DNA of 64,000 nt, taken from NCBI GenBank assembly GCA_026770705.1, contig JANJGN010000016.1:86986001-87050000 (forward strand), read 5' to 3'. The notes below the pieces were generated by a model. It had not been told where the DNA came from and did no database searches. It saw only the letters and a list, made by a program, of their open reading frames with translations. Position numbers and translations under genes: made by a program. Below, in pieces: positions 1 to 13,371 of the stretch; the first letter of the stretch is position 1, and every line of letters starts with the position of its first letter. The DNA is from Isurus oxyrinchus. Lineage: Eukaryota.

Positions 1-3000
1 ACACTTCACAACCCAGTCTGTGTACTCAGGTACATCACACTACACAATCCAGTCTGTGTACTCAGGTACATCACACTTCACAATCGAGTCTGTGTACTCA
101 GGTACATCACACTTCACAATTCAGTCTGTGTACTCAGGTACATCACACTTCACAATCCAGTCTGTGTCCTCAGGTACATCACACTTCACAATCCAGTCTG
201 TGTACTCAGGTACATCACACTTCACAATCCAGTCTGTGTACTCAGGTACATCACACTCCACAATCCAGTCTGTGTACTCAGGTACATCACACTTCACAAT
301 CCAGTCTGTGTACTCAGGTACATCACATTTCATAATCCAGTCTGTGCACTCAGGTACATCACATTTCATAATCCAGTCTGTGTACTCAGGTACATCACAC
401 TTCACAATCCATTCAGTGGACTCAGGTACATCACACTTCACAATCCAGTCTGCGTAATCAGGTACATCACACTAAACAATCCATTCTGTGTACTCAGTTA
501 CATCACTCTTCACAATCCAATCTGTGTACTCAGGTACATCACACTTCACAATATAGTCTGTGTACTCAGGTACATCACATTTCACAATCCAGTCTGTGTA
601 CTCAGGTACATCACACTTCACAATCCAGTCTGTGTACTCAGGTATATCACACTTCAAAATCCAGTCTGTGTACTCAGGTACATCACACTTCACAATCCAG
701 TCTGTGTACTCAGGTACATCACATTTCACAATCCAGTCTGTGTACTCAGGTACATCACATTTCACAATCCAGTCTGAGTACTCAGGCACGTCACACTTCA
801 CAATCCAGTCTGTGTACTCAGGCAATTCACACTTCACAATCCAGTCTGTGTAATTATGTACACCACACTTCACATTCCTGTCTGTGTATTCAGGTACATC
901 ACATTTCACAATCCTGTCTGTGAACTCAGGTACATCACACTTCATAATCCAGTCTGTGTATTCAGGTACATTACACTTCAGAATCAAGTCTGTGTACTCA
1001 GATACACGACACTTCACAACCCAGTCTGTGTACTCAGGTACATCACACTTCACAAACCTGTCTGTGCACTCATGTACATCACACTTCACATTCAAGTCTG
1101 CGTACTCAGGTGCATCGCATTTCACCATCTAGTCTCTGTACTCAGATACATCACACTTCACATTTCAGTCTGTGTACTCAGGTACATCACATTTCACAAT
1201 ACAGTCCGTGTAATCAGGTACATCACACTTCACAATCCTGTCTGTGTACTGAGGTACATCACACTTCACAATCCTGTCTGCGTACTGAGGTACATCACAC
1301 TTCACATTCCAGTCTGTGTACTCAGGTACATCATATTTCACAATCCAGTCTGTGTACTCAGGTCCATCACACTTCACAATCAAGTCTGTGTACTGAGGTA
1401 CAACACACATCACAATCCAGTCTGTGTACTCAGGAGCATCATACTTCACAATCCAGTCTGTGTACTCAGGTACATCACACTTCACAATCCAGTCTGTGTA
1501 CTCAGGTACATCACACATCACAATCCAGTCTGTGTACTCAGGAGCATCATACTTCACAATCCAGTCTGTGTACTCAGGTACATCACACTTCACAATCCAA
1601 TCTGTGTACTCAGGTACATCACACTTCACAATCCAGTCTGTGTACTCAGGTACATCACACTTCACAATCCAGTCTGCGTACTCAGGTACATCACACTTCA
1701 CAATCCAGTCTGTGTCCTCAGGTACATCACATTTCACAATCCAGTCTGTGTACTCAGATACATCACACTTCACAATCCAGTCTGTGTTCTCAGGTACATC
1801 ACACATCACAATCCAGTCTGTGTACTCAGGTACATCACACTTCACAATTCAGTCTGTGTAATCAGGTACATCACACTTCACAATCCAGTCTGTGTACTCA
1901 GGTACATCACACTTCACAATCCAGTCTGCGTACTCAGGTACATCACACATCACAATCCAGTCTGTGTACTCAGGTACATCACACTTCACAATCCAGTCTG
2001 TGTACTCAGGTACATCACATTTCACAATCCAGTCTGTGTACTCAGTTACATCACATTTTATAATCCAGTCTCTGTACACAGGTACATCGCATTTCATAAT
2101 CCAGTCTGTGTACTCAGGTACATCACATTTCACAATCCAGTCTGAGTACTCAGGCACGTCACACTTCACAATCCAGTCTGTGTACTCAGGCACGTCACAC
2201 TTCACAATGCAGTCTGTGTACTTATGTACACCACACTTCACAATCCTGTCTGTGTATTCTGGTACATGACACTTCACAATCCTGTCTGTGAACTCAGGTA
2301 CATCACACTTCACAATCCAGTCTGTGTATTCAGGTATATTACACTTCAGAATCAAGTCTGTGAACTCAGGTACACGACACTTCACAGCCCTGTCTGTGTA
2401 CTCAGGTACATCACACTTCACAATCCTGTCAGTGCACTCATGTACATCGCACTTCACATTCAAGTCTGCGTACTTAGGTGCATCGCATTTCACCATCTAG
2501 TCTCTGTACTCAGATACATCACACTTCACATTTCAGTCTGTGTACTCAGGTACATCACATTTCACAATCCAGTCTGTGTACTCAGGTACATCACACTTCA
2601 CAATCCAATCTGTGTACTCAGGTACATCACACTTCACAATCCAGTCTGTGTACTCAGGTACATCACACTTCACAATCCAGTCTGCGTACTCAGGTACATC
2701 ACACTTCACAATCCAGTCTGTGTACTCAGGTACATCACATTTCACAATCCAGTCTGTGTACTCAGATACATCACACTTCACAATCCAGTCTGTGTTCTCA
2801 GGTACATCACACATCCCAATCCAGTCTGTGTAATCAGGTACATCACACTTCACAATTCAGTCTGTGTAATCAGGTGCATCACACTTCACAATCCAGTCTG
2901 TGTACTCAGGTACATCACACTTCACAATCCAGTCTGTGTACTCAGGTACAGCACACATCACAATCCAGTCTGTGTACTCAGGTACATCACACTTCACAAT

Positions 3001-6000
3001 CCAGTCTGTGTACTCAGGTACATCACATTTCACAATCCAGTCTGTGTACTCAGTTACATCACATTTTATAATCCAGTCTCTGTACACAGGTACATCGCAT
3101 TTCATAATCCAGTCTGTGTACTCAGGTACATCACATTTCACAATCCAGTCTGAGTACTCAGGCACGTCACACTTCACAATCCAGTCTGTGTACTCAGGCA
3201 CGTCACACTTCACAATGCAGTCTGTGTACTTATGTACACCACACTTCACAATCCTGTCTGTGTATTCTGGTACATGACACTTCACAATCCTGTCTGTGAA
3301 CTCAGGTACATCACACTTCACAATCCAGTCTGTGTATTCAGGTATATTACACTTCAGAATCAAGTCTGTGAACTCAGGTACACGACACTTCACAGCCCTG
3401 TCTGTGTACTCAGGTACATCACACTTCACAATCCTGTCTGTGCACTCATGTACATCGCACTTCACATTCAAGTCTGCGTACTTAGGTGCATCGCATTTCA
3501 CCATCTAGTCTCTGTACTCAGATACATCACACTTCACATTTCAGTCTGTGTACTCAGGTACATCACATTTCACATTACAGTCCGTGTACTCAGGTACATC
3601 ACACTTCACAATCCTGTCTGTGTACTGAGGTACATCACACTTCACAATCCTGTCTGCGTACTGAGGTACATCACACTTCACATTCCAGTCTGTGTACTCA
3701 GGTACATCACATTTCACAATCCAGTCTGTGTACTCAGGTCCATCACACTTCACAATCAAGTCTGTATACTGAGGTACAACAAACATCACAATCCAGTCTG
3801 TGTACTCAGGTACATCACATTTCACAATACAGGCCGTGTACTCAGGTAAATCACACTTCACAATCCTGTCTGTGTACTGAGGTACATCACACTTCACAAT
3901 CCTGTCTGTGTACTCAGGTATATCACACTTCACAATCCAGTCTGTGTACTCAGGTACATCACACGTCACAATCCAGTCTGTGTACTGAGGTACATCACAC
4001 TTCACAATCCTGTCTGCGTACTGAGGTACATCACACTTCACATTCCAGTCTGTGTACTCAGGTACATCACATTTCACAATCCAGTCTGTGTACTCAGGTC
4101 CATCACACTTCACAATCAAGTCTGTGTACTCAGGTACATCACACTTCACAATCCAGTCTGTGTACTCAGGAGCATCAAACTTCACAATCCAGTCTGTGAA
4201 CTCAGGTACATCACACTTCACAATCCAGTCTGTGTACTCAGGTACATCACACTTCACAATCCAGTCTGTGCACTCAGGTACATCACATTTCATAATCCAG
4301 TCTGTGTACTCAGGTACATCACACTTCACAATCCAGTCAGTGTGCTCAGGTACATCACACTTCACAATCCAGTCTGTGTACTCAGGTACATCACACTAAA
4401 CAATCCATTCTGTGTACTCAGTTACATCACACTTCACAATCCAATCTGTGTACTCAGGTACATCACACTTCACAATATATTCTGTGTACTCAGGTACATC
4501 ACACTTCACAATCCAGTCTGTGTACTCAGGTACATCACACTTCACAATCCAGTCTGTGTACTCAGGTATATCAAACTACACAATCCAGTCTGTGTACTCA
4601 GGTACATCACACTTCACAATCCAATCTGTGTACTCAGGTACATCACACTTCACAATATAGTCTGTGTACTCAGGTACATCACACTTCACAATCCAGTCTG
4701 TGTACTCAGGTACATCACAATTCACAATCCAGTCTGTGTACTCAGGTACATCACATTTCACAATCCAGTCTGAGTACTCAGGCACGTCACACTTCACAAT
4801 CCTGTCTGTGTACTCAGGCACGTCACACTTCACAATCCAGTCTGTGTACTTATGTACACCACACTTCACATTCCAGTCTGTGTATTCAGGTACATCACAT
4901 TTCACAATCCTGTCTGTGAACTCAGGTACATCACTCTTCACAATCCAGTCTGTGTATTCAGGTACATTACAGTTCAGAATCAAGTCTGTGTACTCAGGTA
5001 CACGACACTTCACAACCCAGTCTGTGTACTCAGGTACATCACACTTCACAATCCTGTCTGTGCACTCATGTACATCAAACTTCACATTCAAGTCTGCGTA
5101 CTCAGGTGCATCGCATTTCACCATCTAGTCTCTGTACTCAGATACATCACACTTCACATTTCAGTCAGTGTACTCAGGTAAATCACATTTCACAATACAG
5201 TCCGTGTACTCAGGTACATCACACTTCACAATCCTGTCTGTGTACTGAGGTACATCACACTTCACAATCCTGTCTGGGTACTGAGGTACATCACACTTCA
5301 CATTCCAGTCTGTGTCCTCAGGTACATCACATTTCACAATCCAGTCTGTGTACTCAGGTCCATCACACTTCACAATCAAGTCTGTGTACTGAGGTACAAC
5401 ACACATCACAATCCAGTCTTTGTACTCAGGTACATCACACTTCACAATCCAGTCTGTGTACTCAGGTACATCACACTTCACTATCGAGTCTGTGTACTCA
5501 GGTACATCACACTTCACAATCCTGTCTGTGTACTCAGGTACAGCACATTTCACAATCCAGTCTGTGTACTCAGGTACATCACATTTCATAATCCAGTCTC
5601 TGTACTCAGGTACATCACACTTCACAATCCAGTCTGTTTACTCAGGTACATCACACTTCACAATCCTGTCTGTGAACTCAGGTGCATCACACTTCACAAT
5701 CCAGTCTGTGTATTCTGGTACATTACACTTCAGAATCAAGTCTGTGTACTCAGGTACACGACACTTCACAACCCAGTCTGTGTACTCAGGTACATCACAC
5801 TTCACAATCCTGTCTTTGCACTCATGTACATCACACTTCACATTCAAGTCTGCGTACTCAGGTGCATCGCATTTCACCATCTAGTCTCTGTACTCAGATA
5901 CATCACACTTCACATTTCAGTCTGTGTACTCAGGTACATCACATTTCACAATACAGTCCGTGTACTCAGGTACATCACACTTCACAATCCAGTCTGTGCA

Positions 6001-8924
6001 CTGAGGTACATCACACTTCACAATCCTGTCTGCGTACTGAGGTACATCACACTTCACATTCCAGTCTGTGTACTCAGGTACATCACCTTTCACAATCCAG
6101 TCTGTGTACTCAGGTCCATCACACTTCACAATCAAGTCTGAGTACTGAGGTACAACACACATCACAATCCAGTCTGTGTACTCAGCAGCATCATACTTCA
6201 CAATCCAGTCTGTGTACTCAGGTACATCACACTTCACAATCCAGTCCGTGTACTCAGGTACATCACACTTCACAATCCAGTCTGTGTACTCAGGTACATC
6301 ACATTTCATAATCCAGTCTGTGTACTCAGGTACATCACACTTCACAATCCAGTCTGTGTACTCAGGTACATCACACTTCACAATCCAGTCTGTGTACTCA
6401 GGTACATCACACTACACAATCCAGTCTGTGTACTCAGGTACATCACACTTCACAATCGAGTCTGTGTACTCAGGTACATCACACTTCACAATTCAGTCTG
6501 TGTACTCAGGTACATCACACTTCACAATCTAGTCTGTGTACTCAGGTACATCACACTTCACAATCCAGTCTGTGTACTCACGTACATCACACTTCACAAT
6601 CCAGTCTGTGTACTCAGGTACATCACACTTCACAATCCAGTCTGTGTACTCAGGTACATCACACTTCACAATCCAGTCTGCGTACTCAGGTACATCACAT
6701 TTCATAACCCAGTCTTTCTACTCATGTACATCACACTTCACAATGCAGTCTGTGTACTCAGGTACATCACATTTCCTAATCAAGTCTCTGTACTCAGGTA
6801 CATCACATTTCACAATCCAGTCTGTGTACTCAGGTACATCACATTTCACAATCCAGTCTGTGTACTCAGGTACATCACACTTCACAATCCAGTCTGTGTA
6901 CTCAGGTATATCACACTGCACAATCCAGTCTGTGTACTCAGGTATATCACACTGCACAATTCAGTCTGTGTACTCAGGTATATCACACTGCACAATCTAG
7001 TCTGTGTTCTCAGGAACGTCACGCTTCACAATCCAGTCTGTGTACTCAGCTACGTCACACTTCACAATGCAGTCTGTGTACTCAGGTACATCACACTTCA
7101 CAATCCAGTCTGTGTACTCAGATACATCACACATCACAATCCAGTCTGTGTACTCAGGTACATCACACTTCACAATTCAGTCTGTGTACTCAGGTACATC
7201 ACACTTCACAATCCAGTCTGTGTACTCAGGTACATCACACTTCACAATCCAGTCTGTGTACTCAGGTACATCACACTTCACAATCCAGTCTGTGTACTCA
7301 GGTACACCACACTTCACAATCCAGTCTGTGTACTCAGGTACATCACACTTCACAATCCAGTTTGTGTGCTCAGGTACATCACACTTCACAATCCAGTCTG
7401 TGTACTCAGATACATCACACTTCACAATCCAGTCTGTGTGCTCAGGTACATCACATTTCACAATCCAGTCTGTGTACTCAGGTACATCACATTTCATAAT
7501 CCAGTCTCTGTACTCAGGTACATCACATTTCACAATCCAGTCGGTGTACTCAGGCACGTCACACTTCACAATCCAGTCTGTGTACTCAGGCACGTCACAC
7601 TTCACAATCCAGTCTGTGTACTTATGTACACCACACTTCACATTCCTGTCTGTGTATTCAGGTACATCACACTTCACAATCCTGTTTGTGAACTCAGGTA
7701 CATCACACTTCACAATCCAGTCCGTGTATTCAGGTACATTACACTTCAGAATCAAGTCTGTGTACTCAGGTACATCACACTTCACAATCCTGTCTGTGCA
7801 CTCATGTACATCACACTTCACATTCAATCTGCGTACTCAGGTGCATCGCATTTCACCATCTAGTCTCTGTACTCAGATACATCACACTTCACATTTCAGT
7901 CTGTGTACTCAGGTACATCACATTTCACAATATAGTCCGTGTACTCAGGTACATCACACTTCACAATCCTGTCTGTGTACTGAGGTACATCACACTTCAC
8001 ATTCCAGTCTGTGTACTCAGGTACATCACACTTCACATTCCAGTCTGTGTACTCAGGTACATCACATTTCACAATCCAGTCTGTGTACTCAGGTCCATCA
8101 CTCTTCACAATCAAGTCTGTTTACTGAGGTACAACACACATCATAATCCAGTCTGTGTACTCAGGAGCATCATACTTCACAATCCAGTCTGTGTACTCAG
8201 GTACATCACACTTCACAATCCAGTCTGTGTACTCAGGTACATCACACTTCACAATCCAGTCTGTGTACTCAGGTACATCACACTTCACAATCCAGTCTGT
8301 GTACTCAGGTACATCACACTTCACAATCCAGTATGTGTACTCAGGCACGTCACACTTCACAATCCAGTATGTGTACTCAGGCACGTCACACTTCACAATC
8401 CAGTCTGTGTACTCAGGTACATCACACTTCACAATCCAGTCTGTGTACTCAGGTACATCACACTTCACAATCCAGTCTGTGTACTCAGGTACATCACACT
8501 TCACAATCCAGTCTGTTGTCTCAGGTACATCACACTTCACAATCCAGTCTGTGTACTCAGGTACATCACACTTCACAATCCTGTCTGTGAACTCAGGTAC
8601 ATCACACTTCACAATCCAGTCTGTGTACTCAGGTACATCACACTTCACAATCCAGTCTGTGTACTCAGGTACATCACACTTCACAATCCTGTCTGTGTAC
8701 TCAGGTACATCATACTTCACAATCCAGTCTGTGTACTCAGGTACATCATACTTCACAATCCAGTCTGTGTACTCAGGTACATCACACTTCACAATCCAGT
8801 CTGTGTACTCAGGTACATCACGCTTCAGAATCCAGTCTGTGTACTCAGGTACATCATACTTCACAATCCAGTCTGTGTACTCAGGTACATCACACTTCAC
8901 AATCCAGTCTGTGTACTCAGGTAC
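1..8924 (+). repeat. 36-bp tandem satellite array (about 248 units; runs off the window start)
   Basis: Consensus CACTTCACAATCCAGTCTGTGTACTCAGGTACATCA repeated head-to-tail with no spacers; the 12-aa periodic ORFs follow from unit length 36. Confidence 0.98.
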
Positions 8925-11172
8925 ACCACCGCCGTCCTCACACGGATCTGAAGCTCCAGTTCCGGTTCCTCGAGGGACCAGAGTTTTGTGAGCACCTCAT
9001 TCGTGAGTCACACCCCCATATACTCTGCTCCTGCCTTAGGTGTTGGTGAAAATTGCTACCGGAAGGTTCTGTGTAGACACGGCCTCCTGCTGAGTTCCCG
9101 TCTCACCCTCCTCGGTACAATGGACTGGGAACATGTGGTGTACCCTGAGAACTTGCAGCTAAAAACAATGTCTTCCCCACATGCAGCATCTCTTCCTGTA
9201 TCTTCACCAACTTGAAACAACTCCTCCAAACACCCAGTCCTTCCACAAACTCAATCAGAACCAGGAGAAAGTCAGCAGGAACTCAGCTGCAGGTTGTTGA
9301 TGGTCCCTTTAAATCTCACTGGTCTCTGGATCCCTCACACTGCTGAACCTGTACCAAATCTGCTTTACAATCTGACTGAGCTCACCATCTGCTGACTCTG
9401 TATCCTTCTGGAACACGCCTGTAACACGCGTGTTAATGCCCCTTCACCACGATGGGGTCCACTGTGGCCCAGACTGGAAGTGGGAAGAAACCTGCAGCCG
9501 CCATTTTGTTTCCATCGGGTTCCTGTCGTGTCGAAATTCCCGGGGTTATGGGAGCAAAATTTGTGGTCATCGTATTCACTGAACGTATAATCTTGTTTTA
9601 TAGATTTTAAAGTCATTACTTGGTCGGGTTTAGCTGATAGGAGGATTCACTGAACTGTTTCTGGGTAAACTTACCCCTGCCGCTTCTCCTTGTGCGGTGA
9701 TCGTCTCTTTGTGATTTTTTTCTCCTGTTCCAGTCGCCTCTCTCAGCAGCTGCTCTGTCACGTTTCAGTTTAAACCCTGAGGGTGTCTCCCATACTCTCC
9801 TCTCTCTCTCTCTCTCTCTCGAATATCTGAACCTGTTTATATCCCTTTGCAGTCTCTTTGTATCCTCCTCACAGCTTACTTTCCCAACCAGCTTTTTATT
9901 GTCAGTAGCCCTGACTGTGGGTGGAATTTTCTGTGCCGTGAGTGAACAATATGGCGAGAAGGCCAGAAATAGGCTTCACCCCACCTTGAAACCAATTTGC
10001 GATCGTCCGCTCAGCTGGTCAGTGGCGGGCTGCGTCTCCCACCATCGGACGTTGGGAGCCTCATTGTAACACATCTGCTATCAGAATAAGGCCAGCCCAC
10101 CGGAATCATCCCCCCCGCACCCTCCCCTGGGCTGGATCGTCCACCCCCCTTGGCGTGATTGTGAGCTGCCGTCTTTCACAACAGCTTGTGCTTGGCGGGC
10201 TGCTCTCTGAGGGGGACGGGGAGGGGAGTTCCCAGTAACATTGTGCAGCACTCGCCAGGGGGGCCTGTTGGGCTTCAAGGGTGAGGCAGGTTGATGGGGG
10301 GTCAAGGGCGGCCCTGAAGCTGAGGCGACTTTGCAGGAGACAAAGGTTTGCCTCGTGACTGCGGCAGTTTGTGTGGCCAGGGGGCGGGGCCGTGGGGCGG
10401 GGCTGTGGGGCGGGGCTGGGGCCAGAGGGGGCGGGGCTCTGGGGCGGGGCTGGGGCCAGAGGGGCGGGCCCAGAGGGGAAGGGACCAGAGGGGCGGGGCT
10501 TAGATGCAGAGGGGAGGGGCCAGAGCCTGGGGCAGGAAGGGTGGTGCTTGGATGGGCAGCGCAGGGCCTGGGGGTGAAGGACCGGAGTTTTGGGTGGGTC
10601 TTGGAGGGGGCAAGGCCTCGGGGCCAGAGGGGAGGGGCCAGAGGGGGCCGGGCTTGCGGTGGGCCTGCTGATGGAGGTGCGGCCTGGAATGGGGGTGTGG
10701 CCTGTGTCAAGGCCAGGGGTGGGGGCGGGGAGGCAGGAGGGAGGGGAGGGGCAAAAGGGTGCGGGGCCTGCGGATGGGGGGGCGGTACCTGCAGTGGGGT
10801 GGGGGCGGGGCCTGGGAGCGGCGCCGGTTGTGAGGGGCAGCCTCTTTCAATGTTTGGGCCAGTCTCTCCCATGGTCCAAGCTAACAGAGCAGCCTTGCCG
10901 TGCGGGTTAGGTGAATGTCTGTGTCTGAGCTGAGAGCACAGCCTGCAGTCCAATGGGCAAAGCTGCCGCCAATCGGTCAGGTGGGGTGGGGCGGAGGAGG
11001 GTTGGGTTTCGGGCAGCCAATCAGGACACTAATCTCTGGCCACCCAAGTGGTGGACAGCACTCACCGGGATGTGTTAAGGGGCCTTCAGACTTAACCAGG
11101 ACAGGTTCTTAGTGCACCCATGTTAACCACGTCTCTCTCTCTCTCATCCTGCAGGAGGAGTACAACAGGAAC

Positions 11173-11857
11173 ATGGACCTTGGTGACCTAGCTGTATTAT
11201 TCATGGCTGACAGGGAGCAGAGACAAAGGAGAAGAGAGAGACGGAGGCTCCTGGAATTGCAGAGGGAGGAGCAGCACCCTCAGGAGAAGGGGCGGCTGGA
11301 GCTCCCACACAAGGTGCTGAAGAGCCACAGCCATCGCTGGTTGATGCCTAGTGACACCCAGGGTCTATAGACACCGCCTGTTATTCCTGTAGATGACTGA
11401 GAACCAGGGTCACTGAAGACAGCGCATGTCCAGGGAACTGGTCGCTCACATCTGCCACCTGCTGCAGGATTTGGTGCCACGGGGACATGGAGGGCATCCA
11501 CTGCCAGTGGCTGTGAAAGTGACAGCGGTGCTCAGTTTTTACACTAGTGGCTCCATTCAGGGCTCCACAGGTGACCTCTGTGGGATCTCACAATCCACCA
11601 CCCACAACTGCAACCATGTGGTCGCAGACGCCATCTTCTCGAGGACAATAACTTTGTGCATTTCGCCCGGGACCAGGACAGCCAGGATACAAAGGCCATT
11701 GGATTTTCCCAGATCTCAGGTTTCCCATACGTGCCAGGTGTGATCGACTTCATGCATGTGGTGCTCAGATCTCCCTCATAACACGGGGTCAACTACTTCA
11801 ACCGCAAGGGCTTCCACTCGCTGAATGTGCAGCTGGTGTGTGACCACCACAAACACA
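11173..11857 (+). pseudogene. Harbinger (HARBI1-like DDE) transposase fragment, frameshifted
   Basis: Motifs PLPVAVKVTAVLSFYTSGSIQGSTGDLCGISQS, GVIDFMHV and NRKGFHSLNVQLVCDH across frames; stops and frameshifts present. Confidence 0.85.
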
Positions 11858-12620
11858 TAGAGTCATAGAGTCATAGAGATTTAGAGCCCAGAAAAAGGCC
11901 CTTTGGCCCATCGAGTATGCGCCAGTCAAACAAGTACCTAACTATTCTAATCCCATTTTCTAGCACTAGGCCCATAGCCTTGTCTGCCATGGCATCGCAA
12001 ATGTACATCCAAATATTTCTTCACTTTATGAGGGTTTCTGCCTCTACCACCCTTTCAGGCAGTGAGTTCCACATTCCCACCACCCTCTGGGTGAAAAAAT
12101 TCTTCCTCACATCCCCTCTAAACCTCCTGGCCCTTACCTTAAATCTATGGCCCCTGGTTATTGATCCCTCCACCAAGGGGAAAAGTTCCTTCCTGTCTAT
12201 CCTATCTATGCCCCTCATAATGTTATACACCTCAATCATGTCCCCCCTCAATCTCCTCTGCTCCAGGGAAAATAACCCCAGTCAATCCAATCTCTCCTCA
12301 TAACTAAAATTCTCCAGCCCAGGCAACATCCTGGTAAATCTCCTCTGCACTCTCTCTAGTGCAATCACATCCTTCCTATAATGCGGATTCCAGAACTGCA
12401 CGCAATACTCTAGCTGTGGCCTAACCAGGGTTTTATACAGTTCCTGCATAACCTCCCTGCTCTTATATTCTATGTCTCGGCTAATAAAGGCAAGTATCCC
12501 ACATGCCTTCTTACCCACCTTATCGACCTGTGCTGCTGCCTTAAGGAACTAGTGGACATGCACACCAAGGTCCCTCTGATACTCCCAGGGCCCCACCATT
12601 CATCGTGTATTCCTGTGCCT
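11856..12620 (-). mobile_element. CR1 LINE 3' fragment
   Basis: LYKTLVRPQLEYCVQFWNPHYRKDVIALERVQRRFTRMLPGL and FFTQRVVGMWNSLPERVVEAETL; (ACTCTATG)n tail. Confidence 0.9.
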
Positions 12621-13371
12621 TGAATCTTTGCACGGTCACTGAGGGTTTAAGCTGACACTGTCCTTTCACGAGGTCGACTAGTTTGGTGAAGGATCTGGAA
12701 TTTAGTGCGATCGGAGATGTTAAGCTACAGATTAGGTTATAGGTTTTACTTCCGTAGACACTCAGGAGAATTGCCTTCTGTATCTCCTGCGCTGTTATTT
12801 GGTTAGTTACAAAGGAGAACGCTAATCGCTCAATTTACTGACTCCAGTCGATGGATGAGTCGTACAGGTCAATTCCACCAAAGAGAGGCGTTGCTGGTGA
12901 GTCTCCCCTTAAAGTATCGGAACACTCACAGTCACGAGGCAGGGACCTGCACTGGGGCTTCTTTATCCTCATTGCCAATTATAATAAACTTGGAGAGTGC
13001 AGGACAGGATTGTGGTAAGAAACAGTAACATTTATTAACAGACTTCAGAGGAGAAGTCATATTTTAATAATGTTAATAAGCAATACTTTAAAATGTGCAA
13101 TCCCGCCCATCTCTCTGGATGATCCAGCGCGGGCGGATGATTCCGGCGGGCAGGCGAGATGATGAGGTGTAAATACATTAAAATGAGGTTCCCAACACTG
13201 GGCGGTGGGAAAGGCAGCCCGCCATTGACAGGCAGGGTGGACAATCGCAAACTGGCTTCACCATGGCCAAAAAAAAATTTGATGCCTCCTCACCGTATTG
13301 TCCTCTAACAGCCGCCATGATGCCAAACGCCAACGGGAACGGGAATTTCCAGCTGCAGACTTTCAGTTGTC

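Larger units (their letters stand above)
9919..13353 (+). mobile_element. Degenerate PIF/Harbinger DNA transposon relic with long imperfect inverted ends, an internal deletion and a CR1 insertion
   Basis: 9919-10143 is an imperfect reverse complement of 13106-13353 (shared GGATGATTCCGG, AATGAGGxTCCCAAC, GCAGCCCGCCA, ATCGCAAA blocks); it encloses Harbinger transposase fragments. Confidence 0.6.

Noticed and set aside
1-8924. CRISPR-like array (36-bp repeat containing a small TGTAC-TCAG-GTACA hairpin)
   Set aside because: Units are directly adjacent with no unique spacers, there are no cas genes, and the context is vertebrate.
8925-9800. Possible gag-like or host exon sequence after the satellite
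   Set aside because: No convincing motif or splice-bounded ORF could be recognised by eye.
10081-10953. 290-aa Pro-rich and 200-aa Gly-rich ORFs
   Set aside because: Products of GC-rich low-complexity sequence, open on both strands, with no domain signature.
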